A stretch of DNA of 64,000 nucleotides, from contig JBODTK010000127.1 of assembly GCA_050613775.1 (NCBI GenBank), forward strand, positions 1 to 64,000, in the 5' to 3' direction. The translations under genes and the position numbers were made by a program. Position 1 is the stretch's first letter; the number at the start of each line of letters is the position of its first letter. The notes beneath the pieces were generated by a model. That model worked only from the letters and a program-made list of their open reading frames with translations. It did no database searches and had not been told where the DNA came from. Source of the stretch: Neocallimastix sp. 'constans' (taxonomy: Eukaryota). This document shows, in pieces, positions 43,207 to 61,430 of the stretch.

Positions 43207-44869
43207 TTTATTAAATTATCAATTTATATATGTATGTAAATTTAAATTTATTTTTCAAAAAATGTAAAGATAAAAAATTTATAACTAAAAAATTATTATT
43301 ATCAAAATAATTTAAAGTTCTAATTCCATTTATTATTTTAATTTATTTATTTTTTATAATTTTTCTAATTTATTTTCGTAAAAAAAAAAAATTTTTTTTA
43401 AAATATTTACGATTAATCAATTATAAAAGCATATTTCCTATTATCTAAAGTAAATAAATTTTAAATAATAAACATTCAAAAAGAAGAAAAAGAAGAAAAA
43501 TAGATATTTTAAGGATTAGTATGAAATTATATTTATTTAGTTATTCATTTATTGATATATATTAAATTACATTACTATATATATGCATTTGTAATAAAAA
43601 ATAGAAAAACGAATTTAAAAAAAATTAATAATTTATTGTAGTATATTATAATATATAAATAAATAATATATTAATTTTTATCGAATAATAAAATTTTCAA
43701 GTATATAAATCATTATTAAAAAATTAAAATATATTTATCATTATTAATATATTAATTCATCAAGAGTAGTTTAATTAAAATCATAATAATTATATTAATT
43801 ATTAATAAAATAAAATAAAATAAAAATAGAATTTAATTTTTATATTAAACAAAATTTAAAGATATATGATTGGTTTTTTATGTTACATTATTTATTTACT
43901 TAATAACTGTCAAAAATGTCTTTAATTTAAAAATAAAATAATTTGGTGTTACATTTTTTTTATTTATATATTAGTTTAAATTTAATTTATTATGTAATTT
44001 TTCTAATAGAATTAATATCAAACTCTAATTTATATTTATGTACATTAAAATTTTCAGTACATTACTAAAGAATAATTAAATAAAATAAATCTTTAATATA
44101 ATTGTTTCAATATTAAAAAGTATATCTTTATATAATTATTTAAATCTTTTTTTGTACTATTTTCATTTTTTTATGTAAAATTATTATTTTAGTAAAATAT
44201 CCACTTTTTAAATTTTAATATTATTAATTACCAAAAATAAATATTATTAATTATTAATTATATATATTTTTATTTTTAATGACATAAATAATATATAATA
44301 TATATTATTATTATATAATAAAGTAAATAATAATATATAAAGTTTCATAAAAAAGTGTAATTAAGTTATAAAGCAATATAGCCATTTAAAACATTTCTAA
44401 GTTCATATGTTTATTTTGAATTATACTATTTAGTTATGTTTTATAAATTATATATGTTAACTTTATTTAATATTATTTTAATTTATCGAAGTATTTTTAT
44501 TTTTTATCATTTAATATATAATTAATTAGATTATTAATAAATTTTATTAATATAAAATTTTAAGTATTATTTAAAATATATATATTATGTATTATTACTA
44601 TTTTAAAATCTATTCAAAAGTATTAAAATTTTAATTTTTAATAAAAATTTAAAGTTAAAAATTTTTAAAAACTAAAATTCTATATTAGAGAAATTATAAT
44701 TAAATTAACTATTTAATTAAAAATAAAATAAAATTAAAATTTTTGTAAAAAAATGATTTAATCTTTTTTAATAATTTATAATATTTTCATAATACACATA
44801 TAATATTTTTTATAAATTATATTTAATTTTTATATACATACATAATAATAATAATAATAATCTTTTATA

Positions 44870-46315
44870 ATGGATAATTATATTCCTTATAATTCGAAAT
44901 TAACTGAAGATGAAATAAAATCATTATATCTGAAAGATGTTAAAGGTGGTTATAATATTATTGAATTAAATGATTATAATAATATTTTAAAATCATTTAA
45001 TGAGAAAAAAGAAAAAGAACAGTATTTATTACAGAAAGCACAAGAAGTAATCTATTAAATTTTATTTTGTCAACAATTATTATATTATAACTATATACTA
45101 TTGGTTTACTGTTATATTGCTATATTGTTATTGTATTTTTATATCTTTTATATTAACTAATGTTTTATTATTTCATTATTTTATTATTTCATTTTTATAA
45201 ATATTAAAAAAAATATTTTTTATATTCAAAAGAGAAAAAAATTACAGTTGAAAGGTCAAAAATTAACAGATAGAATTAAAAGTAAATCTGTGGGAAATAC
45301 TCTAATACTTGAACCTTTAAGAGATAGACAAAAAATAAAAGAAGTAATATATGCAAATAAAAAAAAATTATATTAATAAAATTAGTGAATATATATAACT
45401 ATTCTAAAAAAATTTTTATTATATATTAATTTATTTTAATTTTAAAATATAATTAATAAAATATATAATTTATTATGATACATTTTATAATTAAAAATTA
45501 TTTCATATATTTATTTTACTTTAATCTTTGTTAAATACTTTTAAATTATTATATTATGAAGAATGAAAAGCAAAAAGTTGACGAAGAATGGGAAAAAATG
45601 ATTGAAAAAGAAAGAATGGAAGTTGAAGAAAGCATTAAAAAAAAAAAATTTAATGCAAGAAATGATGTTATTTTTTTTAATAAAAAAATACAAGAATCTA
45701 ATATATATTATGTAAATATAAATATATAAATATACATCAAAATTAAAGATTATAATAATCAAGATAATAATTAATTTATGTTTTTATGTTTTTATTTTTT
45801 TATATATGTAAAAAAAAATATATTTTACTTTAAAAAGGAAAGACAATTACAAATTGAACTTAAAAAACAAAGAAAAGCATTACAAGATAAAATAGACAAA
45901 GAATATGAAAAAAAACAACTTGATCATATAAAAGGTGAACTTTTATATGAAAAAATGCAAGAACAAAAAAATAAATTAAAAGAAATAGAAGCTGGAAAAC
46001 ATATTAAAGAACAAATACTACATAATAAAGAGTTAAAGAAACAAATGAAAAAGGTAATTAATACTGAATTTAAAAATAATAATGATTATTATAAATAAAA
46101 CATTAATAAATAAAATTACATATAATATTAATAATAAGGCTGAAGAAGAAGCAATATTAAAAAGTACAGGATTAATTTTTGATCATGAAAAAACCGAAGA
46201 AGAAAAAAAAGAATTTTTAAAGCAATTATATGATGGATTTGATAAACAAATTCAATTAAAAAATGTAATATATATTTTTAATTTATTTATAATAATTAAT
46301 TAAATACATAATTTC

Positions 46316-46357
<42 letters not shown>

Positions 46358-46358
46358 T

Positions 46359-46448
<90 letters not shown>

Positions 46449-47563
46449 TCAAATTATATAGAGATTAAGAAATCAAAAATTAGAAGAAGAGAAAAAACTA
46501 GATAAAGAAATTATAGAATATAACAATAATAAATCGATTATTGACGAAAAGATAAAAAATGCAAGGAATAAAGAAATAAAGTAAATATATATTTTTATAT
46601 TTATTTATATATAATAAAACCTTATTAAATTATTTCCTTAAAAAAAAAAAAGCCGAAAAATAAGAAATTCTGAATTAGTGGGTAAAGATATTATCAAATC
46701 TGAAAGAAGAAAAAAAATTGATGATTTTTACAATATTATAGCTAATAAAGAATCGATCTTTAATGACAAGGAAGATGAAAAGCTTCAAAATCAGTTTTTA
46801 AAACACCTTCATGATGATACACAATTTCAAATGAAACAGGTAAAAATTTTCATTTAATTATTATTAAAATATAACTGAAATTTATTAAATTTCTAATTAA
46901 TAACAATAAAAAATTCAAAATAAATAAAGATTAAAGAAGCAAAAGAAATTCGAGAAAAAGAAAAAAATGAAACAAAACAATATTACTATGAACAGGGTAT
47001 TAAAGCTTTAAATGAACTTAAAGAAGAAGAAGCTAAACGCGCAGAAAAAATAAGACTTATGAATTTAGAACAAATGAAAGTTAATGAGGAAATAATTAAG
47101 GTATAATGACAATTTTTATACTAATAAGATATTGATTTTGTTTTATTATATATTATTCAATGCACAATAAAATTTCGTATTAAATACAGTATAATATTAA
47201 ATAAGTAATGATAATAAAATTTAAATATTTTTACAATTAAAAATTAAAACATAGGAAAAGAAAAAAAGACATGTTGAAGAAGAAAATAAAAACTTAAATT
47301 ATTTATCGACTATTGAAGAAAAGAATAAAAAAGATGACTCCGAATTTAATAATTATGTTTTACAAAGTATTAGCGAGTTAGAGGCTAATGGAAAAGATAC
47401 TAGAAATTTATATAGCTCTTTGATTACTGATAAAGAAAAAAATACAAAGAAAGATAATAACTGTTTATTTGATTCATTTAGAAGAACTGGTATTAATGGA
47501 ATTCATAATGCGGATGATGATATAATAACCTATTTAAAAAATAATAAAAATAATTATGTATAA
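44870..47563 (+). CDS. Multi-exon E/K-rich coiled-coil protein, probably a TPH-domain cilia/flagella-associated protein (possibly disrupted)
   Basis: Successive GT-AG exons of charged heptad sequence (ERQLQIELKKQRK, EEEKKLDKEIIEY, NLEQMKVNEE). Family assignment is by composition only; some junctions near 45560-45710 are unclear. Confidence 0.55.
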
Positions 47564-48036
47564 TTTTATTATTATTACATTTTAAATATAAACTTAAAAC
47601 TATATTAAAATAATTTTTAATTTATCTAAAGTATAACAAATTAAAAAAATGTAAATTTATGTTGAAATATTTAAATATTATTTAATTATTATTAATTAAT
47701 GTTTAAAAAATGTAGAATTAACCTAAATATTAATTAATACGAAACAATCATTTCTTCTGACATAAAGTGATCATACTTTTTTAATATATACGTATATTTT
47801 ATTTTTTTTATTTTTATTTTTTTTTAATTTTTTATTTTATTTTTAATTTAATTTAAAGTATTATTTTTTCAGTTTAATAAAAATTAATAATAGAAATTAT
47901 TTTTTATTAAAAAAATTTTGAAAAAATAAGTATATATATATGTTTTAGTTACATGTTTGAAAAGTATATATAAATAAAATACATAATATATCATAAAATA
48001 AAATTCATCAATTCTTTTATGTAATCTTTTATTTTA

Positions 48037-49104
48037 ATGACAATGCAAAAAAAGCAATTCGAATTAAATGATCCACCTTCAGATGGAATTTCAAATGTCA
48101 AATTTAGTTATTCTAATCCTTCATTGTTGTTAGTATCCAGTTGGGATAAAATAATTTTAAATTATCTCTATACACTAATTTTTTAGAAAACATTAAATGA
48201 AAAAAAATAATTAAATAATATATATATAAATATTTTTTTTTTTTTTTTTTATTTATTTTTTTTTATTGTTTAAAGAAAAAATAAAAATACAATTATAAGA
48301 ATAGAATTATTTATGAATATATTTATTTTTATTTTTATTTTTTTTTATTTTTGGACAGTAAGATTATATGATGTCACAAAAAATAAGATGAAATTAAAAT
48401 ATTTTTATGATACTTCAGTACTTGATTGTTGTTTCTACAACAATGACTAAGGTTATAGTGGAGGACTTGATAGAAACATAAAAACGTAATATATAATTTA
48501 TTTTGAAAATTTGAATGAATATTTATCTCATTTCAATAATATAAATAAAATATATAATTATACATATTTTTTTTTAATTAATTTCATAATAATTTAAAAT
48601 ATCTTAAAATACTAAATCATTAATGTTGATTTTAATACGGGAAAAGAATCATAATTAGGCTCTAATGACGATGCCATAAAATGTCTTGAAAAAGTAAATG
48701 AAACAAATGTTGTAATCAGTGGTTCATGAGATAAATCAATTGATCTTTGGGATCAAAGATCTAGTATACCTTGCGTTGGAAAATTTTCGCAACCTGAAAA
48801 AGTATATACTTTAGATGTAGTAAATAATATATTAGTTGTTGGTATGGCAGCTCGACAAATATACATATATGATATAAGGAATTTATCAGAAGCAATGCAA
48901 AAACGTGAAAGTTCATTAAAATTTATGACTCATGTAATTAAATGTATGCCAAATGGTGAAGGTATTTGTAAAATAATATGTATATTTATAAATATAATAA
49001 TAATTATTATATAATAGCAATTCATATATATATGTTGATATTGAAAATTTTCTTTATAATTTATAAATTTATATATTTAATATATATACATATATATATA
49101 TATA

Positions 49105-49135
<31 letters not shown>

Positions 49136-49893
49136 CATAAAAAATAAATTAATTATATGTAAAGGTTACGCCAATAGTTCAATAGAGGGCTGTGTTGCTT
49201 TAGAATTCCTTGATACTTCAGAGGAATCTCAAAAACGTAAATATGCATTCAAATGCCATCGAGAAATTATTGATGGTATATCCCATGTATACCCAGTAAA
49301 TGCATTATCATTTCATCCAATGTGAGATATGAATATATTTAAAATAAAAAAATAAAATATAAATAAATAAATAAATAAATAAAATATTTTCAATATTTCA
49401 ATATCAATTAATAATAAAAATAAAATTTTTTACTTAAATAAATTCATATTATTTAAATAAAATAAAATAAGATTTGGAACATTTGCTTCTGGTGATAGTG
49501 ATGGGAATGTCTACATATGGGATGGTTTTAATTAAAAACGTTAAAGAAAGTTTATTAAATATCCTACAACAATATCTTCATTGTCATTCAATATAGAAGG
49601 AAGTATTTTAGCTGTAGCATCAAGTTATACATTTGAAGAAGGAGAAAAAGAGTAAATATTAGATTAAATATATATATATATTAGATTGTTATATATAGTT
49701 AATAATTGAACTATTATAATTTGTTTTTCTAATTAATTTATCATTTAATTTTTTCTGTATAAAATTTTACTTATTAATTTTTATATATTAATTTTCTTTC
49801 ATGTGTACAAACTATCATAGTCATCCCCCAGATACCATTTATATTCGTTCAATAACTGATAATGAAGTTAAACCAAAAACAAAAGCACAATAA
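48037..49893 (+). pseudogene. BUB3: Mitotic checkpoint protein BUB3 (WD40), pseudogene
   Basis: [80 protein letters not shown]. In-frame stops at 48448, 48727, 49533 and 49542. The first intron donor reads AT instead of GT. Confidence 0.92.
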
Positions 49894-50103
49894 ATTATGT
49901 AATAATAACAAAACAAAAACAAAAACAAAAACAAAAACAAAAAAAAAAAAAAAAGATAAAATGAAAATATTTTTCAAGATATTAAATTTTAATTAATATT
50001 AATTTAAATTATTATTCGTTTATGTTTTGATGCCAGCATTACATTGTAAATATAAATATAATATATGAGTATTAAATGTAAAATTTAACATTATTTATTT
50101 ATA

Positions 50104-50201
<98 letters not shown>

Positions 50202-50491
50202 TATTTAATAAAATATAAATTATAAAATCTTTAATTCTTTTTTTTTTTTTTTTTTTTTTTTAATAATTATAATAATGTATTATTCTATAATATGTTTTAA
50301 TTTACTAAAACATATTAATATAATATTTCATTATTAAAAAAGAAAAAAATTAAGTTGCACAGTTTTTATATTACTAGTGACCAATTATATATAAATTTTT
50401 AATTTTTTATTCATCCAATAAATAAAAAATTTTTCATAAATGATGATAAATTTATTTAAAGGTCTTTAGGTTACAACAAATTATTAATATA

Positions 50492-50528
<37 letters not shown>

Positions 50529-50599
50529 TAATATTACAATTATTTATCAAAATATTTAAATACTATAAAATAATACATTATAAAATGGAATTAATTATT

Positions 50600-52162
50600 T
50601 TACAGTTTTTCACAAAGAAATATCTAGCTTCTGACCCCTCAGGTCACCGCCTTAATCGTAACTACTGGAATCATGCTTTTGTCTTAGATCCTCTGCTTGG
50701 AATATCAACGGTCCAATTACGATTGATGATATTAAAAATACTATTTCATCAATAAAAAACAATATAGCTCCCGACCCGATGGTATCCACATTGAATATAC
50801 AAAGCTCTACTTTGCAATGAAGAATTACTAGAAACACATCCTGCCGCTGGAAAGTGCCTTAAATTAATATTTAATAAAGTCTGGAATGGGTCCTTTCCAA
50901 AAAAATAGAACTCAGCTTCTATTATATCTATCCCTAAGAAAGGTGACCTATCAAATTATAGTAATTATCGAGGTATTTCTCTCATTAATGTTGGACTGAA
51001 AATCATTTGAAAAATTATAACAAATAGAATATCAACTTATGCACATACACACAATTTCATTAGACCTGAGCAATTTGGTTTTCGCAATTTGTCAAAGAGG
51101 AAAATTTCAAGGAAAATTCACATATTTAGCCTTTTTAGATCTTGAAAAAGCTTATGATTTTAGAACGTTACTGGAAATCTGTTTCCAAATTTCAAGGCAT
51201 TAAAGATCAAAATTACAATAATAACCAGTTTTCAAATAATACGGTTATAATAATGCATAGCTTAAAATATTTCCAATTCAACTTAGGGTTTTCGTGAATT
51301 ATACTTTACGCTGTAGTTATAAATACAATACTATTATTGCTAATAGAATGTGGTAGAGTTTCAAAAGATTGTCCCAAGACTTGCACCTGTTGTGGCGAAA
51401 GTAATCAATCTTTTGAACGTTGGATTTTTAAATGCGATGCTCTTGCATCTTTTAGATGGAATTCTTTAAATTTCATCGATGATCTTTATGTTTTATTCAT
51501 TGGGAAGATTAGAGCGTTTAATCCTCTTTCTTCCTATGACTCTATTTCTGATTTTGAAGATTATATCAATCATTATATATACTTGTTCCTTCTTGGTTGA
51601 ACTTTAGCTTTAAATGAGCTACATTTCGATAGAGGAGAACAGAGTAATTAAGTAAATTACTTTTTAAAGGTTCATCTGAGTCACCTGTTCCAAAAATTGT
51701 GGGCTTGGCGGAATTCTTAACTAGCGCAATACCTATCATAAGTAGTTCGTTTGATCTATTATTTGATAGTATTTCAAAATACCAAACTTAACAAGAGCGT
51801 CGACGTCGTACTGATAAGGCATAATGATAATACAGGATTATCTTCTATTTCTACGAAGGGTGAATCTCGCCCTAGTAGTTCAATAAATGATGAATCCTGG
51901 GAGAGTTTAGTGAACACCACACTATCTATTTTAAAGATGTTACTTTTAGGTTTTATTTCTTTTTTATTTGTTAGGAAGGGAAAAATTCCCGCATAGTACA
52001 ACTTGCCGAAATACATTGTATTTTTGAGCTTTTTTATTTTTTTTTATTTTTTTTTTTTAATTTATAATGTACTTTTTACCTACATGTATTTTTTATAATA
52101 AGATTAATAAATTTATGGAAGTGTATTCTCTTCCCTGTCTAAAAAGAAAAAAAAAAAAAAAA
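50600..52162 (+). mobile_element. LINE (non-LTR retrotransposon) RT fragment, C-terminal CCHC-like finger, 3' end and poly(A)
   Basis: APDPDG (APGPDG-like), SIPKKGDLSNYSNYRGISLIN, EQFGFR, FLDLEKAYD, CTCCGE...WIFKC. Ends GTCT-poly(A) at ~52137-52162. Confidence 0.88.
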
Positions 52163-52377
52163 TCATAAAGAAATAAATTTAATTAAAAAACTCTAAAAAT
52201 AATTTATTATACTATATTATAGAATTTTTCAAATATATTTTTATAAGAAAAAATTATTATATTATTAATAAAATTAATGATAGTTGTTAGTATATATAAA
52301 TACTAATTATTCCTATTGTATTTTATTAATTTATTATTATTAACTGCAATACTTGTTTATTACTATTCATGTTAAAT

Positions 52378-52601
52378 ACTAAGTCTTTATTTTTTTTATT
52401 TTTTTTATTTTTGACTTTCCCTTGTACATCTGATCATATTATTCCAGCCACAACAGACAACTAATACCAGACAAACTTTATAGCGGGATTGTATCAAGAT
52501 GAACACATATAGTGCTCCCATGTCATACCATTTCGGCGTCGACGCTCTCAGTGACGAATTACAGAACCACAAGAATTGGAGATGTTGGAACTAAGTTTTT
52601 A
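52378..52601 (-). mobile_element. ~200 bp 5'-truncated LINE or SINE-like insertion with target-site duplication
   Basis: ACTAAGTCTTTA (52378-52389) and ACTAAGTTTTTA (52590-52601) flank it. It has a minus-strand GTC-A-rich tail and carries the GAGCGTCGACG motif seen in the local LINEs. Confidence 0.7.
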
Positions 52602-53609
52602 GTCTAAAAAAAAAAAGTCTAATTTAAAATATATAAATGTTCATTTTTAACAATACGAATAAATATATATTACATTATTTAATGATATTTTTTTTTGAAA
52701 TATAAATGAATTAATAACAATATCAAAATTTATAAATATATAATGTTAAATTAAAAAATCATAAATTTAAAATAATATATTTTTTTTAAAATATTAATAT
52801 ACTCTTATTAAACTTTTCATATTTAATAAAATATTTTTCCTGGCTAAATACTAGATTTGCTGAATCAAAACTAAGTGATTTATTTTTTTGAAAATATGTA
52901 AAGTTATTTTATGAATCATTTTTTATTGGAATTATTATTAAGTTGTTTTAAGTAAAAAATTTAACTTTTTAATAATACATAATTTAATGATATTTATACA
53001 TAAAAATACATTAATGGATCATACATATTTCAATACTGATATGCGGGTTTTTTAAATAATGGTTGTTTAGTAAATTTTATTAATAAAATTATAATATTTG
53101 TACAATTAATATAATAATTCTAATTCCTAAAATTTATATATATTAATTCTAATTCCTATATTTCTAATATAAATAATTTAATCTATTTATAAGAAATAGG
53201 TAATATATTAATTATATATTCTAATATATAGAACTATACTAATTTTATATAAATTAATGAATTATATAACAATATTTAATAATAATAATAAAAAAATGAA
53301 AATTTTTAAAAATCACATGATTTAATTAACAAAATTAAACAACTATGATTAATGTATTTGTCCGTTAAAATATTTAATTAACAATTATTATTAATTAATA
53401 ATTCCATAATATTTTTGCGAAAAATCAATCAATAATTTTATTAAAAAAGAATATTATATATACATATATATTTTTTTTTAAATATATTATTTCAAACAAA
53501 ATTCACATTGTACAATTTAATTTATACTTGTACTGTTTTTATTAAAATAACAATAAATTTTAAGCAATAATAATAATAATAATAAAAAAAAGTAAAAAAA
53601 AAAAAAAAA

Positions 53610-57552
<3,943 letters not shown>

Positions 57553-57761
57553 ATTAAAAACATATTATTTATTAATTTTTTTTATAATTATTATAAGTAT
57601 ATATGTATTCTTATCTTAAACAATTAAAATTAAATATATCAATCATTAATGTCCAAATTATAATAAAATTACGTTAAAGTTATAATATAATTACAAATAA
57701 TGAAAAAATCACAAGAATAATTATATATTTTCATTTTTTTTATTTCATACAATAAATATAC

Positions 57762-58044
<283 letters not shown>

Positions 58045-58829
58045 TAAATTATATATCTTATTTAAAGATGTTTTTTGTTTACATTTAATTTTGTTTTATA
58101 TGAACTAAAATTATATTATATCTATTATTAATTATTTCAATTAAAAGATATTAAAATTACTTGTATACATACTAATTTTTTTTTTCTTGTTAATTACGAA
58201 ATAAAAATTTTATTTAAATAATATAATTTCTGTTTTATTAATTTTAATTGCTAAATAGTTTTGATAAGTAATTTATAATTAAATAAATTTATGTCAATAA
58301 AAAATTATGTTTATTAACTTCTCTTTTTAATTAAAAAATAAAATAATATATATTAATTTATTATCTCTATATTCATTAATAAGTCCTTGAACAATTTTTC
58401 TATATATAATAATAATGATTTAATGATTACAAATAATAATTTGTATTTAATATTTAAAACATTCCAATGATATGGACTGTTTTTCCAGGAATAGCTTATA
58501 TCAGGTACTAATTACGGTTTTCTGTAATTCTGATGATTATCGATGGTTACCCTTTCTTTGGATTCTAGTACGAAGAGAGAAATTTAGTGATATAATAAGA
58601 CTATAGAAAGTGAACTTGATGTTTTATATTGTTATAAACTGGATATGAAATAACGTTAGAAATGTATAATTAATAATATCATGTAGTTTTTACATATTAT
58701 CATTGTAATGAACGTTATTTTCTGATAATTTTTTTTTTTTTTTTTCATTGTACACTAATCTTTATATTTTTTAGTTATTAGTTTTTTAGTTTATTTTAGT
58801 TTTATTTTTATCATTTTGTAATTTATAGT

Positions 58830-60980
58830 TCATTATGGAAAAGATATTTCATTGGGGTTCTCGCTGTTATGAAACTATTGACAACACCAGGTTGATTTTT
58901 ATCCATGGCATACACTCATGAACCAATACTAAAATTAAGGAATTTATTCAATATAGATGAAAAAAAATTCAAAATCAATATTTTGTCAGTGAAACGAATT
59001 ACTAAATTCAATGATAGTTTTTTCAGGATTAAACTATATTCTCTAAATTTCAACCACCCAAAATTTCATATTGTAGATGTTACAAATGGAAACATAAAGT
59101 TTTTTTTAAGAATTTAAAACAAAATTTAATATTTAATATCCAGTAATGCATCCAATAATACAAACTCAACAAATCTCAGTTCAACTAATTTAAATTTAGT
59201 AAATGTTATAAATGTCAATCAGGAACTCAATATTCCTAATATACCTAATCTTAATTTTCAAAATCTAACTTCACATTCTAACACAGAAAAGTTTTCCTTT
59301 TGTCTTAGTTGGAATACTAATGGATGAAATATGTGAAAAGAGATAGTATTGAGTACTTCAACACATTTTTCAAACCATTATTTTTATGTTTTCAGGAAAC
59401 AGGTAATGATACCAATGATGATAGAAATTCATGTAAAGTAACATCTCCCAACCACAAATATTTCCAGAAAAGAATGGATCCAAATACGTCAAGTTGCAAA
59501 GATTTATATCTTGGACATCATGTCCTATGTCAAGCAGTACTTGAAAATAATTTTTATACTCATCTTGTTTCTTTAGCAACATATAGTCTATGGAATCATC
59601 TAAATGTTATGTAGGTAATGTCCCCACTATGTAACATTCATTACATGTCTGATATGTATTTTTTGAAGTTTTCAAATAGTTTCAGAATCGCACTAATCAT
59701 CCATCTACTCTTTTTGGAGATTTTAACATGAACACCGTTTATTTACAAGATAAATTGACCAACGGTAGCCTTTGTAACTGGTTTATTCTTCTGATTAACG
59801 GTTCACTTATTTCATGGACTAGAGATAGATATTCATAGATATTAATTATGCCTTAGTCAACTCAAGTATGTTGGATAAAATATCAATCGCTTATTTTGTT
59901 GACTATCCTTCTGTTTCTGATCATAAACCCGTAGTAGTTTATTGTAAGAAAACTACCATAGATGAATCATTTTGTTAGGTGGAATAGATATAAATATCTT
60001 GAACTTAAGAAAGAAATTTGTGATCACAATAAAATCAATATTCTTAATGAAGAATTTGGAAATGGAGAACTTTCATCGGATTGTATAGTTGAAAAATTCA
60101 TCAACACTACTAATTTTATTACTAAGGATCTATCGATTACATTCTTCAACAAAAATCAGACAAGCGATTTTTAGAATGTCCTTCAAAATTTATTGTCTTC
60201 AAAAGGTAAAACATATAAAATATAATATAAACAAATTAAGGGTTATAAATCTGCAATTGATTCCAGTTGGTAAAATTATTGACTCGTATAATAGATTATG
60301 TGACTCAATTATTATAAAATGTAATGTATTTAGGAAAAAAGAATATGTATATTAGATTGAAATTGAATGTTCCTTAGCTCTTAAAAATGATAGTAAAAAA
60401 TCATGGAAAAGGATAAAAAAGAATGATGACTCAGAAGAATCTTGTGAAAATAATAATAGTACCATTTCATCTGATTTTAAAAGTCTCAAATCCTTAATCA
60501 ATCGTATTTGGATTGGTAATTTTCCAAAATCATGGAATAACACTTCGATAGTTTCTATCATAAAAAAGACAATCTATTAGATTGTAATAACTATTGTAGT
60601 ATCTTTCTTATCAATAATAGATTATAAATTGTAGCAAAAATCATCACTAATATAATCTTTAAATATGGAATTGATAAAGAATTTATTAGAACAGAACAAT
60701 TTGGATTTCGTAACTGAGAAGGATGTATAAGTCTTTACACTTCATTATGAATTATAAAGATATGAACCTTTCTATTTTTGACCTTAAAAAAGTGTATGAT
60801 TCTATTCCCATATTTAATGTATTAATGAAAATTCATCACTTAGGTATTAGAGGTAATTACTATAATTTTATTGAAAACTTATACCTATCTTCCATGGCTT
60901 GTGTAAGGATTGATGGACAATGATTGGAATCACTTAGTACTATGAAAGGTGTTCATCAAGATTGTCACCTCTCACCAATT
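58830..60980 (+). mobile_element. Degenerate LINE 5' half: APE endonuclease and start of RT
   Basis: CLSWNTNG, LCFQET, FGDFN and SDHKP are APE motifs. EQFGFR, DLKKVYDS and KGVHQDCHLSP are RT motifs. Many stops. Confidence 0.88.
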
Positions 60981-61430
60981 TAGTGTAAATAATGAAGCAT
61001 GGATTACTTTAAATTTAGAATATTTTATTTATTTATTATATATATATATATTTTTTATTTATTTATTTAATTTTTATTTTTATTTTATTTTATTTTTTTT
61101 TAAACTTCATCTAAATTCAATTCTACCTTCACTCGAAGGTAGAATTTAAAGATATAAAAAATTATAATTACTACACATAAAAATAAACAATATAACAGAT
61201 GTGAAAAGAAACAGTACAACAGAAATAAAAAGAAACAATAATACAGAAAATTTATATATTTATAAAAAAAAAAAAATTTACATAATTATTTATTTATTAT
61301 TAATTAATTCGTTATTGATATTTATAATTAAGAGTTCAATAAGATATTCCTAATTTTTTTTTTGATATATTTTAAAATTACAAAATATCTATTATTATTT
61401 TTGTTGTTATTGTTTTTTTATTTAAACCAT

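Noticed and set aside
48448..49544. Alternative genetic code or stop readthrough explaining the in-frame stops
   Set aside because: Stops are of mixed type at unrelated residues and come with splice-site loss and deletions. Neighbouring intact genes use standard stops.
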